The notes under the pieces are model-generated. The model did no database searches, was not told the DNA's origin, and saw only the letters and a list, made by a program, of their open reading frames with translations. The translations under genes were made by a program, and so were the position numbers. A DNA stretch of 60,651 nt, the filler included, from Globobulimina sp. (Eukaryota): NCBI GenBank assembly GCA_003354225.1. It is 13 parts of 13 records of this genome, joined end to end, with 100 filler letters (N's around TTAATTAATTAA, not from the genome) between each part and the next. Parts side by side here need not be neighbours in the genome. Positions count along the whole stretch, not along the records: positions 46,746 to 51,314 come from PIVH01001109.1; positions 51,415 to 55,983 come from PIVH01001110.1; positions 56,084 to 60,651 come from PIVH01001111.1; 10 more parts are not named here. One strand, written 5' to 3'. The first letter of the stretch is position 1; each line of letters starts with the position of its first letter. Shown here one piece after another: positions 46,746 to 59,000 of the stretch.

Positions 46746-49558
46746 AAAAAGAAACCAAAAAGGAACCCACAAAAAAAAAGGAACCGCCAAAGCCTAAAAA
46801 GAAAAAAAAAGACAAAGGTCCGCGGCGGGCCTCGTTGGGCGATGCCATCAAAGACGGCGCCAAAAAAGAGACCGAAAATAAAAATATCAAGTTCAAAAAC
46901 AGAGGCAAACCCACCAAAATAAGCACAAATACAGAAACCGCACATTCGAGCAGTTCTGATAGCGACGAACGCAAAAAAAAGAAAAAAAAACCGCCACCGG
47001 GCAACGACCGGCGGGGCAGGGACACCTCGGACGAATTGGCAGTGTACAAAAATAAGATCAACGCCCGTACTCGCAAACGCATTGCGCGCCACCAACGCCA
47101 CGAAACGCCGCAGTACGACATCGCCACCAAAGACCTACTAAAGCAAGAATACGAAGCCGCGTTCAGTGGGGACGATGACCGCATACTCGTTGCCAATGAA
47201 GTGCTCTCCGAAGACGCAGAAGAAGACGACAAAACACCCGTCACTCCTAACCCTCGCGGCCACGGCCTGCGATCTTACAGAAAGCAGCAAGTCGAGATCA
47301 GTGATCGTGATCGTGACAAAAAACACAAACCGCCGCCTTCCAAAAAGAAAACCACCGCCACCCCTACGCCCAATAAAAACACGCGTCAATTTAAAAAACG
47401 CCGCGACAGGGAACCAGAGAAAAAGAGCAAGTCATTCGCGGTGAAGAAGATAGGCAAGAAACCCCTCAAAGGCAGCAAACCCAAACCGGAGCCCGTACAC
47501 CGGCACAAAAGTGCGCGTAAACGACGCAATGAGGACAGTGGATGGAGGAAGGAGTCGGTGGATGAGGATAGCGATACGGAGAGTGATTCGGATACGGACA
47601 GTGATAGCGACTCGAGCGAGTACACAGAGTCCACCGAGTATGAGACTGGCAGCACCGACTCGAGCGAGTATACAGAGTCCACGGGCTCTGATGATAGCGG
47701 CACCACAGCGACGGAGTCCACGGGAAGCACTGAGACTGGCTCGGAGTATACGGACGATACGGACTACGAATCCGGCGATACGGATACGGGCAGCAGCACG
47801 AGCGGGGACAGTGAGAGTGACAGCCGTACGCAGAGCCGCAGTCGCGAGCGGAGCAGAGGCAAAAAACCAAAGGCTAAGTTGAAACCTAAAACGAAGCCGA
47901 AGCCGCGGAAAAGCGACGCGATTTATGACGCGATCATAGCTGATATGCGCAAGAAATCGAGCAGGGAGGACGTGGACGACTGGAATAAGAAAAAAGCGCA
48001 TCAGATATTGAAGGATAAGAAATCGATACATAAGGATAAGGATAAGAAGTCAATCAAGAAAAACAAGGATAAGGACAAGGAGAGTCAGAGGGACAAAGAG
48101 AAGGAAAAAGCGAAGAAGAAAGCGGACGAAGCGGCCGCTGCGAAGTTGAAGAAAAAGAGGGAAAAAGAAAAGGAGCGCAAACGCAAAGAGAAAGAGAAGG
48201 AGGCGGCGGAGAAAAAGGAGCGTGAACGTGAACGCGAGAAAAAGCGCAAATTGGAGGCGGAGAAGGAAAAGGAACGCAAACGCAAAGAGGCCAAGCAGCA
48301 GCAATTGAAGTTGGAGGCGGAGCGCAAACAGAAAGAAAAGGAAAAGGCGGAGCGGGAAAGGAAGCGCAAGCAAGAAGAGAATGAGTATGACGACGAGGAC
48401 GAGCACGAAGAAGTGACGGATGAGGAGGAAGAGGACAGTTCCTCCGAAGAGGAGGACAGCAGCGACGAGGACTCGTTGCAGAGCAACAGCGACGATGAGC
48501 AGGAGGCCATTGACGACGCTATGAAAGCTTACGTCGAACTGAACAACGACACCACGGCGGTGCTGCACGAAGGCGACGAGCACAAAGAATGGGAGCGGTT
48601 GGAGGCGGCCAAGCGGCTGCAAAACAAGCACAAGCGCAAAAGCACCGAGCTGTGGAAGTGGAACACGCAGCAACTGATCGCGGAGGAGAACGACGACCCG
48701 ACCGCCAACCGCGAGGAGCTGGGCAAGATCTGGATGAAGTTGCGCAGCATTCCCAAGTCGTCGCGCAAGGACAGCCGCGAGACGCGCATCGTGAAAGAAT
48801 TCATGATGTTCCAACTGAACCACGACCACAGCATCAACGACCACTACATCATCATCGAGAACATGAACTATCCCAACATCTATCAATGGAACGGCCAGTT
48901 CATCGGTCCCATGGGCACGCCGTACGTCAACGGCAAGTACCGCATCATCATCAAGTTCGGCAAGGATTACCCGAGCAAGCCGCCCAAGATCACGTTTCTG
49001 ACCAAGATCTATAACTCGTCGGTCAAGCACAACAAGCGCAAAAAGCGCGGCCTGTTGAAGTTGCCCAAGTTCTTCGACCGCATTTGGAGTAAGAAAATCT
49101 CGCTGCGGCAGTGGATGAACGTGGTGTACGAGTTCCTGTTCTTTTACTGCGGCGATCACTTCTTCGATCCCATGAACCAGAGAGTTGCGCGGGAATTTAT
49201 CTTTGCGTTTGATTCGTTTATCGATACGTGCTATCAATGGAACTTGATCTTTGCCGATGGCTATGAGGGCAGCAGCAATATGTTGCAGTTGCATGACGAG
49301 TATGGCGAGCGGCAAAAGTTGACGTTCCACTGCGCGAAGTACAGCAATCAGTATGACATTCATGAATATAATGTGCTGAAGGAGATAATTTGGCAGATTA
49401 TGCGGCAGAAATATAAGTCGACGTACGGTGCGTTTCTGGTGTTGTTGGACTATTTTGGCAATGAGTTCTATTATTGCGGCCTGTCGGAGTTGATACGGGA
49501 GCCGCATATTTGCGTCAAGCATAAAGTGAAACGGTACGATAATATCATAGAATGGTGA
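46746..49558 (+). CDS. Large low-complexity protein with a C-terminal inactive UBC/UEV domain, 5'-incomplete
   Basis: W...IGPMGTPYVNGKY...FGKDYPSKPPKITFLTKIY is an E2 fold. HPN is replaced by NSS and the catalytic Cys position reads GLLKL. Preceded by S/T/D/E-rich and K/E/R-rich tracts. Confidence 0.85.
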
Positions 49559-49990
49559 GATGTTTGTAGTGTTTGCTTCATTTGTGGGTTTTTTTATATT
49601 TATTGTTCGATTCAATGTTTTTTTGGTTATATTTTTTTTCTCTGTCACTTTTTTTTTTATATTTCATTTCCTTCATTCAGTTTCATACACAGGTTTTGTT
49701 TGTTCTTTTTTGATATTTTTTTGATGTTATATATTTTTTGTTGTTTTGTATGATGATATCATATCATGTTGACATTGTTATGTTTGTTTTTTTTCAAGAT
49801 GTTTTTTCTTTTAATATAAATCTTAAAAGCCTTTTTAAAAAGTTTGCAAATATTTCAAAAAGAAAAATTATTAGTTATCCTTTGGAATATATCGTTGAGG
49901 CATTGCTTACTTTTGGATCGTTTCTGAATTGTTATTCAACAGTGACTTACATAGCTATAAATGCTATTATTTGAGGAATTTATTTTTAAA

Positions 49991-51314
49991 TCAAACAAAC
50001 TTAAAATAATATTTGTTATCTGCAATGATTAACTTGTTATTGAATCCAAAATAAAAACGCAGAAAGTCCTTTGCTTTTAAAGATAAATCCACATTTTCCA
50101 AAGCAATTAATTCCAATTTTGTTTCATCAGTTTTTTCCGCCAATATCAAGGATAATTTCTGTGCCAATTTGGTAGACTCAATTTCTTTGATTTTACGTGT
50201 CTCAGTCGATCCTGTTCTAAATTGAGGCGGTATTGACAATGTAAATGAAGTTACTGATTTTGGGATATTATACAATAATTTTAAAACTGGCTCAAAATAA
50301 CCATGTTGAATATCAATATATTGATTACCACATTCATCAAAGGATACATTTATTGTTCTTAATTTAAAATTATCCTCAACACTCTTAATAAATGGAATAA
50401 AATGATCGTTAACAAATTCAGCAAATAAAGGTGGTATCCAATCACTTGTCCAACCAAATCGTGTTTGGATATCAAAGTTCTTTAAATCAAAACATATCTC
50501 ATCTTTTAAATTTGTTAACGCTTTCAAAATATTGATACTATTCATATATGACATACGTTTAAACGCCAATGATTGCAACAAAAACATTGATCCGCTATGC
50601 ATGTAATAAATGCTTTTCTTTTGTAACAACAAAATTCTAAATATCGCTCCCCATTCAATTATTGGGGAATCATGGATTGAATCGCCATCAAATGTAAACT
50701 TTTTAATACCAATAAAACATAAAAATAATCTCGCTAATATCTGTTGAGAATATGTTGCGCAGTCTTCTGATATTTCTCCTGTAGGTTCCTGCAATGACAC
50801 AGTCAATTCTTGTACAGATAAACAACGGTGAACACCATCACAAAAAGCAGGTTTTGTAACAAGAGTAGTAACTGAGAATGTTTTCAAATGTTTCATGTTT
50901 GCTGCAATCAAAGGAATTAAATTGTGTCGATTCGCCAATACATTCCAACGCGGACAATTTAAAGTCAATGATTGTAATTCATTGTAATTGTTAATAACAT
51001 GAACTATTATAGATTTACTTAATATGATCATTGGCGGTATATCAAACGTAGCAGGCGCACGAAAACCAGGAAAAGCAATCCCCGGTCCAAATTGAAAATG
51101 TTTTAATTGTGGGAAGTGTGTTATTATTTTTTCTTGAATTTGCCTTATCATTTGCTGCACACTCACATTTTGAGATATCGATGGTATAAAAATATCTCTC
51201 TTCCATATCAGATTTGTGATTGGCAAACAAGGAAATTCATTCATTACATACAATAACAAATTAAATGGAGCTGCTTTCCTCACGACATAGTTACTGATAT
51301 ACCGCACATATGGT
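49991..51314 (-). CDS. Hypothetical protein, possibly RNI-like LRR, 5'-incomplete
   Basis: 438-aa ORF reaching the contig edge, with LxxLxL-like segments (LQSLTL, LQSLAF, VTSFTL). Confidence 0.6.
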
Positions 51315-51414
51315 NNNNNNNNNNNNNNNNNNNNNNNNNNNNNNNNNNNNNNNNNNNNTTAATTAATTAANNNNNNNNNNNNNNNNNNNNNNNNNNNNNN
51401 NNNNNNNNNNNNNN

Positions 51415-51773
51415 TAGAGGTCTGAATATTATAGAATCGTATAAAGACGATGTCGGAATATCTGTTTCCGAGGACAATCTTTTGTATAAATCCTCAACTC
51501 CAACCGGTTGTTGTTGTGGCTGTTGTTTTGAAGGAAAAAGTATGTGGTAAAATATTTCTTTGCATATTTAATATACATAATATATACAATACACAACAGT
51601 CTTATTCGAAAATGTAACGTATTTGAACAGGATTCTTGGAATATGCAATGTGTAACATGTCAGTGGAGGGTGGCATTGACATTAAGTTTTGGGATATAAC
51701 GGGTGATGAGTTTACAGAGATTCAGAATGCGTATGATAAATGGTGGGAATCACTCGGAAATGATGACTATTGA
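51415..51773 (+). CDS. 3' end of a small unknown gene (Cys cluster), 2 exons
   Basis: Hand-spliced with an intron at about 51540-51630: ...TGCCCGCCFEGK/RFLEYAMCNMSVEGGIDIKFWDI...DY*. Confidence 0.4.
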
Positions 51774-52002
51774 TATATTCCTTATTGCTATGTCAAAAAT
51801 TTCATTGGTAATCTCATTGGTAATCTCTATGTAATTATCCTTGCACTTCAACTTATTGCTTTTTGTTTTAACGTTTAACGATATATTCCAAAAGATAACC
51901 CTCAGACTGAGAAACGGTTTGCTATGGGTTTGCAAATGCAGCACAAAGTCTGAACAAATTTATAATTGAATTTTCGGTATACAAAGGGGTGGGGGTTAAA
52001 AA

Positions 52003-52090
52003 AACTTCGTTACAAGGTGACAAACTATGATATATCATTTGTATTTTATAAATACGTCTAGGAACCACATTTGTAGACTTTATATTTAGT
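52003..52090 (+). repeat. Diverged copy of the exon 1/intron 1 junction of the kinase gene (about 55493-55570)
   Basis: Exact 24-mer CAAACTATGATATATCATTTGTAT at 52021 and 55512. CCACATTTGTA at 52065 and 55543. Confidence 0.85.
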
Positions 52091-52176
52091 TTGATTTTTA
52101 ATCAACTCAGTTTTTTCAATTTAATTATTTATATTCTATTATTTATATTTTATTTTTATGGTAAAAAAAGAAATAT

Positions 52177-55100
52177 TTATAGTCTTGGAACAAGCGACAA
52201 AGCAATACCCTGTAATGTGATATTGCCACTACCATTCCCTAATAACCATTCGATTAATAATTTTATTTCATCACTGGCAACAGATTCTAAATTGATAATG
52301 AAATCATAGGCCATATTGGTTGTGCCGTCTCTGTTTGTGACTGTATTATCGCTGAATGTATATGAATATGAGTCAGAGTCAGAGGGAGAGCCCGTGTTTA
52401 ATGTTACTTTTATGCGTCCATTATCTCTCCAAACACCAACGTACACTCTTAACCTGTACACATTGCCTGCTTTCAAATTATTAACATTAAATTCCAAATG
52501 TTGTTTAATATCATCATAAAAAACGCCACACATTACAGCATCCTCCAAACTTCTGATCGGCCGATCACTTTCTCCATCATTCCAATAAAAACCAGTTGGA
52601 TTATTCTCATATATTGCCACTGGAACAGAACCTGCATTTATTGAAATATATTTTGTTGAGCTTTGTTTTGCAATCATGCCATATCCTGACTTATCCTTTG
52701 AATTTGAACCAAACTGAATCCAGTACAAATTGCCATATTCTGTTAAATTATTGTTACCATTTTGAGGCCCAATCCGTCCGCATAATGCTCCATATCCTCT
52801 CTCCAAGTCCTTACAATAAACTCCTTCACCATTCCAATTATTGGGTCCTTTGTCAGGTTGCTCCGCGTCCGCAGCGCACCGAAATCCAATGGTTCCGCAC
52901 CTTTCATACGAATCATCCATTAAAAAGTATTTGTTGTGCTGCTTCAATTCGTATGCCACCGGAAAATACCACTGAGATCCGGAAGGTCGGTAATTTGCAG
53001 AGCCATAGACAACCACTGATCGAGTATGAATATCTGTGAATTCGTCCGTAAACTGCCAGACGTTGCCGACCAAGTCACTCACATTGAAGACACTCGCACC
53101 TTTTGGGTATGCGTCGACATCCGAAGGTCCCGGCAGTGTGCGGCCATGTTGCGACGGCGGGAAATATGTTCCCATTCCTTGTGTGTTGCCCCATGGATAG
53201 GCATTTTTGGTGTTGCCCTGTCCCGAATACTGCAGTTCATAGCTATGCGGCAATCGTTTCCCATTAAATGCACAAAATAATCGCGCCTCGTTCAGCGAGA
53301 CATAGGTCACAGGTTTCTTATCATAGCCTGGTGGATACATATAACTTTCTGCCGCTTCGTCGAAATCCCAATTCTTTAAATAATTGTGGCTATCTGCGGG
53401 TTCATAGTGCGAACCATCTAAATATGCCTTATAATCCCGGCAAGTGACTGGATATTTATCCATATAAAATTCGTTGATGGTTAATGTGGCCGCATGCGAT
53501 TTCTGTGGATGCATTTCCCAAAAATACTGCACATCCACCAAAGGATCGCCACCTTCAATCTCAACGCCGGAATTTTCAAAGTCATACAATGTCATCGGTA
53601 TAGTCACCATATTTTCATCCGGCGGACTGGAATATATTTTTGTTGGTGCAATGTCGACCATTTTCTGCGGCAAATATTTCCACGTTGAACTGAATGAATT
53701 CAGCGGTTCCTGTGTCATTTTGTTGATTGCAGTTAAAAATGCATCCAAATCTTTGTTATTGTTCCTCGTATCATACGTTGCTAAAATGGCGCCATATCCA
53801 TATCCTTCAATATCTATATTCACACTGATTTGCCTGTTGCTACTCGTAAATGGCAGCTCTTTGCCATGATAACAATCAAAAACATGCACATTCTCTGCAC
53901 CGATCGTCCACGAATTGTTGAAACTTAGTTGCATGTCAATAACATCGTTGTTTGCTCGGTTTACGATCAAAAACAAGATTTGTTGCCTGTCACTCCCTGT
54001 ATTTACCGGGAAAGCCGACGCAAACACATCATTCCAATAACGTAGCTCCACAATAATTGGTATAAATGGCAGCCATTCGAGTGACTGCGTGAAGTTGGCA
54101 GCATTGGCTTTGTTGTATCTGTTGCCAAAATACCTGACAATGGTCGCCCATCGACGCAATGCTTCGCCATCTCGCGGCGTCATTCCATTCCAACATCCCC
54201 AGACATTCTCCCATGACTCGAACCCGATGCCATTGAAAAAGGCCTGTTGCATATCGGCAGTATGGTCCTCAGCCCAACGATTACAAATATTGGTCATATG
54301 GCGCCCATCATACCACTTCCATCGGTCAAGCAGCGGAGCGTGCGGTTTGGCCCAATATCCCCAACCTGACACAATACACATTGGCAAAACTAATATATAT
54401 ATATATCATGCATCCATACCCAGCGTGTCCCAGTTCATTGATTGCAAACTGCCGCCTCCTTCGGGTTCGATCGCAATTGGATGGCTGAATGTGTCCACTG
54501 ATACGCATTTTTAATAATAATAATAATTATATGTGTTTCTGCGTAATTATAAATAAAATAAAATAAAATACCTGAATATGTGTAAAAAGATTGCGGGACA
54601 CTGCCCATTGTATCTCCATTGAAGCCATCTGCTCCGCTTTCATTTAAGAATTGTGCCATGGCCACGTAATCCGCCTGGCCACAATCCCGAGTGCCTTGGT
54701 CCTGATTTTAATTAATTATTATTTGTGTATTGTCAGGTTATGAGTTGTCTGGTCCTGGAACGTAGAGAATGTACCCAAGGCATGTAAGGCAGTAAGATTT
54801 TAATGTCATATTTCTGATGGAAGTATGTTATCATATTTTGCAATGCGTCCATCTGTCCCGGAACTGCCAAAGTCATATCCCATTGGTTGCGATCATCGGC
54901 TCCGATGTCTAGGAATTGGAAACACTTATTTTTGTTATCTATTATTGGCTATATTGCCTCGACTGAACTTGTATAGGTTACCCAGAATAAGAAGGAGTCA
55001 ATGCCACCATAGCGAGCATTTAAATCATTGAGCCATTTGTCATAAGTGTATGAATGTGTGTCAATATCATAGAAAAAGGCATCGTATCCATGCATTTGCG

Positions 55101-55344
55101 GCTGGATAAATGTTGATTGTGTCCAATCTAAACCGGCTACATTGAATATGGAAGCATTGTACTTTATGGATGTGAGGTCTTTTGTTCTTTGTGCGGTGAT
55201 GCTATTGATCCATGATGACCATTGAGATGGCGATGAAGGACCTTTTATTGTTTCAGCCGAAAACACTGCAGAGATGGTAAGAGCCACCAAAAACAATGAT
55301 AATGACAGCCCTGACAATGTAACGCACTTAGATGAAGAGACCAT
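52177..55344 (-). CDS. Secreted FGE-sulfatase (SUMF1/EgtB/PvdO-fold) domain protein with N-terminal hydrolase-like domain, 5 exons
   Basis: Signal peptide; motifs GADDRNQWD, ADGFNGDT and AFFNGIGFESWENVWG. FGE-fold motifs FYMDKYPVT, PVTYVS, KRLP, YPWG, DLVGNVWQFT and IGFRCA. Introns at 54909-54968, 54702-54774, 54498-54571 and 54366-54419. Confidence 0.88.
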
Positions 55345-55433
55345 TTGATGCGATTCTGTATAACAAAACTCACTCAAACCAGGCTTAAAAAACTTCGCAG
55401 TCATTTTTCGACCTATACTAACATCACAACACT

Positions 55434-55983
55434 ATGTTATCAATAAAAGAAGCATTTAAAAAAGCAGGATACATGGATTGCACCAAAATGGCAAAAACGT
55501 TAAAAGGTTGGCAAACTATGATATATCATTTGTATACGTGAGCCACATTTGTATACTTTTTATATATATACAGGAAGCATTTGGCGTTGCACTCGAAAAT
55601 TAACATCTGTAGTGGTTAAAGTAGCATTTGCCGAATTACACACAAAACGTATGGCGATATTGGATGGTGTCGAAATTAATAATGTTAATGAAAATATTTT
55701 GAAGGAAAATCATATTTTAAAATATTTATCGCAAGATAAGCAATGCCACACTTCCATCATTAAACATGTCGATGCATTCAAAAGGTATACATTTATAATC
55801 TAAAATATATGCGGTATAATTTGTGTATTTTTATATTTTCTGCGTCAGTGAAATGTGTTACTTTCTGGTAATGGAAGATGGTGGTTCCAGTCTGTTCGAC
55901 TTTGTTGTAAAAATTCATAAATGTATAATGTTTGGAACATTAGAAATTGCGGAATGGCATAAGTTGGCAAAAATAATTTTTCG
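55434..55983 (+). CDS. Ser/Thr protein kinase, N-lobe, 3'-incomplete
   Basis: After splicing introns 55507-55573 and 55785-55848: KTLKGSIWR...VVVK...ENILKE...YFLVMEDGGSSLFDFV. Confidence 0.8.
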
Positions 55984-56083
55984 NNNNNNNNNNNNNNNNN
56001 NNNNNNNNNNNNNNNNNNNNNNNNNNNTTAATTAATTAANNNNNNNNNNNNNNNNNNNNNNNNNNNNNNNNNNNNNNNNNNNN

Positions 56084-59000
56084 CTCGAGGCATCCCATAC
56101 AAACAAAGAGGATTCCAAATTAATCCTATTGCCATACAATGATTCGCCTTGCAATGTAATGCCCGTTGATGGTGCCGTAAATTCCAATGTATGGCCAACA
56201 AATAAATGAAAATCGTTGTTTTGAGTTTGAGCGAGATCCGTCGATCGATTTAATATTATTGGAATATCAAATGTAATATTCGATGTTGTATGATTTGCAG
56301 AAATAGTGACTGGTAATGAATTGATGAAAATGTTATTATTCATTGTATTGTTGGTTTTCAATGCAATATTACCGTTTATACCATACGTCAAAATGTTTAC
56401 ATTTTTATTTATATTTAAATTGCCTGAATTAAATATAAATGTTAAATAACCACTCGATGTAACAATATTTTCATTTATTATAATTCCATTTTCTCCATTG
56501 ATTTCAATATAGCTCGTTGTGGCAGAATCGAATATTGTTGCATTCTCACTAAACGTAATGGAGGATTGTTCCGATGACAATTTGATATATCCACCAGCGA
56601 CACCATCCATATCTACTGTTTGTTGCAAACCAGACACATAAATATCTCCATAATATGATAAAAACTCAATGGATGTGCAATATAATGATGATAATTCTGA
56701 GTTTAATAAGCTTAATGAATATATATTGTTATCGGATGGCGCTGCAACACCGCCAATTGCCATTGAATATGACGATGAACATGTTTCTGCCATTATAATT
56801 TTCGATGACGAGGCATTTATATATGATGAACTGTTGTAATTATCAATGATTAAATCACCGCCATAATATATTATTTGCGCGCCATTAATTGTTGCTATAG
56901 ATGTCGATGCAGAGAGATATAACATACCTGTGCTATTTTGGCAATCTTGATTGGTTTGCAAAAATAAATTGCCATTTGATGACGATGAATTTAATAAAAT
57001 GCTGGATGATGATGCCAATGTAATATTTGCTAAAGAGATGAAATTTACATATATTGAATTAAATATTAAGATGGATGACTCCGTTATGGATATCTGCGAA
57101 GCATAAATGTATAATGACGAAGCAAACAGTGATGATACGCTGATATTATTAATATATGCATTTGAAATGGTATTCGTTTTCAATGCATTTGTGCTAAAAT
57201 AATCACCTAAATATATTGTTGCATTATTATTTGTCAAAATTGTATTTAATTGCGAATTGGAAATTGAATAATTGTCCAAAATCTTATCTTGTCCTCCTAT
57301 ATAAATATCACATGAGCCATTTTCACCATCATCGCATGTGGGATGTAACCAAATAATGTCAGCGTCTGCCGATTCTGCGCTTGTATCAATTGTACACGTT
57401 GAGGTATCCCAAATTATATTTTTGGATTCTAAATTGATTGTAGCTCCTGATCCATTATTGTTTGATGCGCCATATAATTGAATCCCTGCTGATGGCGATT
57501 GGCACGATAATATATTACCAACATACATAGAAAATTCGCAATGTGAATGAGAGTCACGTTTTATTTTAATTGCCTCGATTGCATTGAGCGTAATATTTGA
57601 TGTTGAATGGGATGCAGCAATTCTTGTTGGTAATGTATTGATTAATACAGCGCCCGCACTATTATTTGAAATGAAGAAAATCTCTCCATCCACACCATTC
57701 GTAGTGATATGTATATTGGATTTATTTCTTGTGCTGTTACCAATGTTTAAATTGCCATTCATAAAATTGAAGGATAATATACCATTCTGATTGCTTATAT
57801 TTTTGTTGATGACGATGCCATAATCACCATATATTTGAACACCACCATTTGTATTTGCTGAAAATGAAGTAATCTCATCATCAAATTCAACCATACCGTG
57901 TTGTGAAGTAATCTCAATTTTGCCATTTAAAATACCAGCCATGTCATTTAATTGTACAAAACCAGCAACGAAGATATTACCAAATAAAGACTCAAATATA
58001 ATATTCTTGCTAAATAATAATGATAACTCACGACGTAATATTCTCATCTTATATTTATTGTTATCAGTCGGAATTTCATTATCGCCACCAATCAAAAATG
58101 AATTTGTCGTTGAACACCTTTCCGAAATTAACACGTTGGATTGTGATGAATTTATATGTGTGCTTTGCGAATTATTGCCTAATAATTGTAAATCACCGCC
58201 GTAATATGTAATTGACGTATTGCCAGATGTTTGAATGGAGCAAGCATCACATATTTGCAATGTAGCATTGATGGCATCATCACAATTATAATCTGTATGG
58301 AAGAATAAATTATTATTATTGCCATTTAAATAAATGGAGGAACCAGAATCAATAAATAGAATATCAGCCAATGCAATGAGATTAATATTCATATAATTAA
58401 ATATTATTGATTGGCCGCCATATATTACACATTTTGTATTTGAAAGAAAATATATATTTTTAGCAATTGATGCGAACAAATTTATATAACCACCCATATA
58501 AATTGAAGCATTTCTATTCATATCACCAATTTTTATTGTTGCTTTGGATGATGTGTTGATTATATTTAATGCATCTGACGATATCGAATAATTGTTATTG
58601 TGGTTAATGTTTGTGCCATTTCCTACATATATGTCACACTCATCACATGATGGATGCAACCAAATAATATCATTCTCTGTTGCTTGCAATGTAGTATCAA
58701 TTTTACAGCTTGAAACATCAAATGCTAAATGTGCTGATTCTAAATTGATTGTTGCGCCATAATTCATTGTCCAATTACCAGTGCCAGTGCCACCTTGTAA
58801 CAAGATACCAGTTGATGGTGACGTGAATTCTAAGTTATTACCGACAAATATCTGAAATTCTTCATGTGCTGAGACCGATCGATTTATAATAATGGGTATT
58901 GAGAATGTAATATTTGATGTCGAATCTGGTGCTGTTAATTTGAATGGTAATTGTTGAATAATTAATGATCGGTTATTGCCATTGTTTGTAATAAAATGTA

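Noticed and set aside
48050-49648. 532-aa antisense ORF and other shadow ORFs (e.g. 23520-24581, 47386-48031)
   Set aside because: By-products of GC3-rich, low-complexity sense codons, with no independent motifs.
4580-56083. Recurrent TTAATTAATTAA motif and any gene neighbourhood across N runs
   Set aside because: These are identical 100-nt artificial linkers between length-sorted contigs. Adjacent contigs are unlinked, and ORFs extending into X runs are artefacts.
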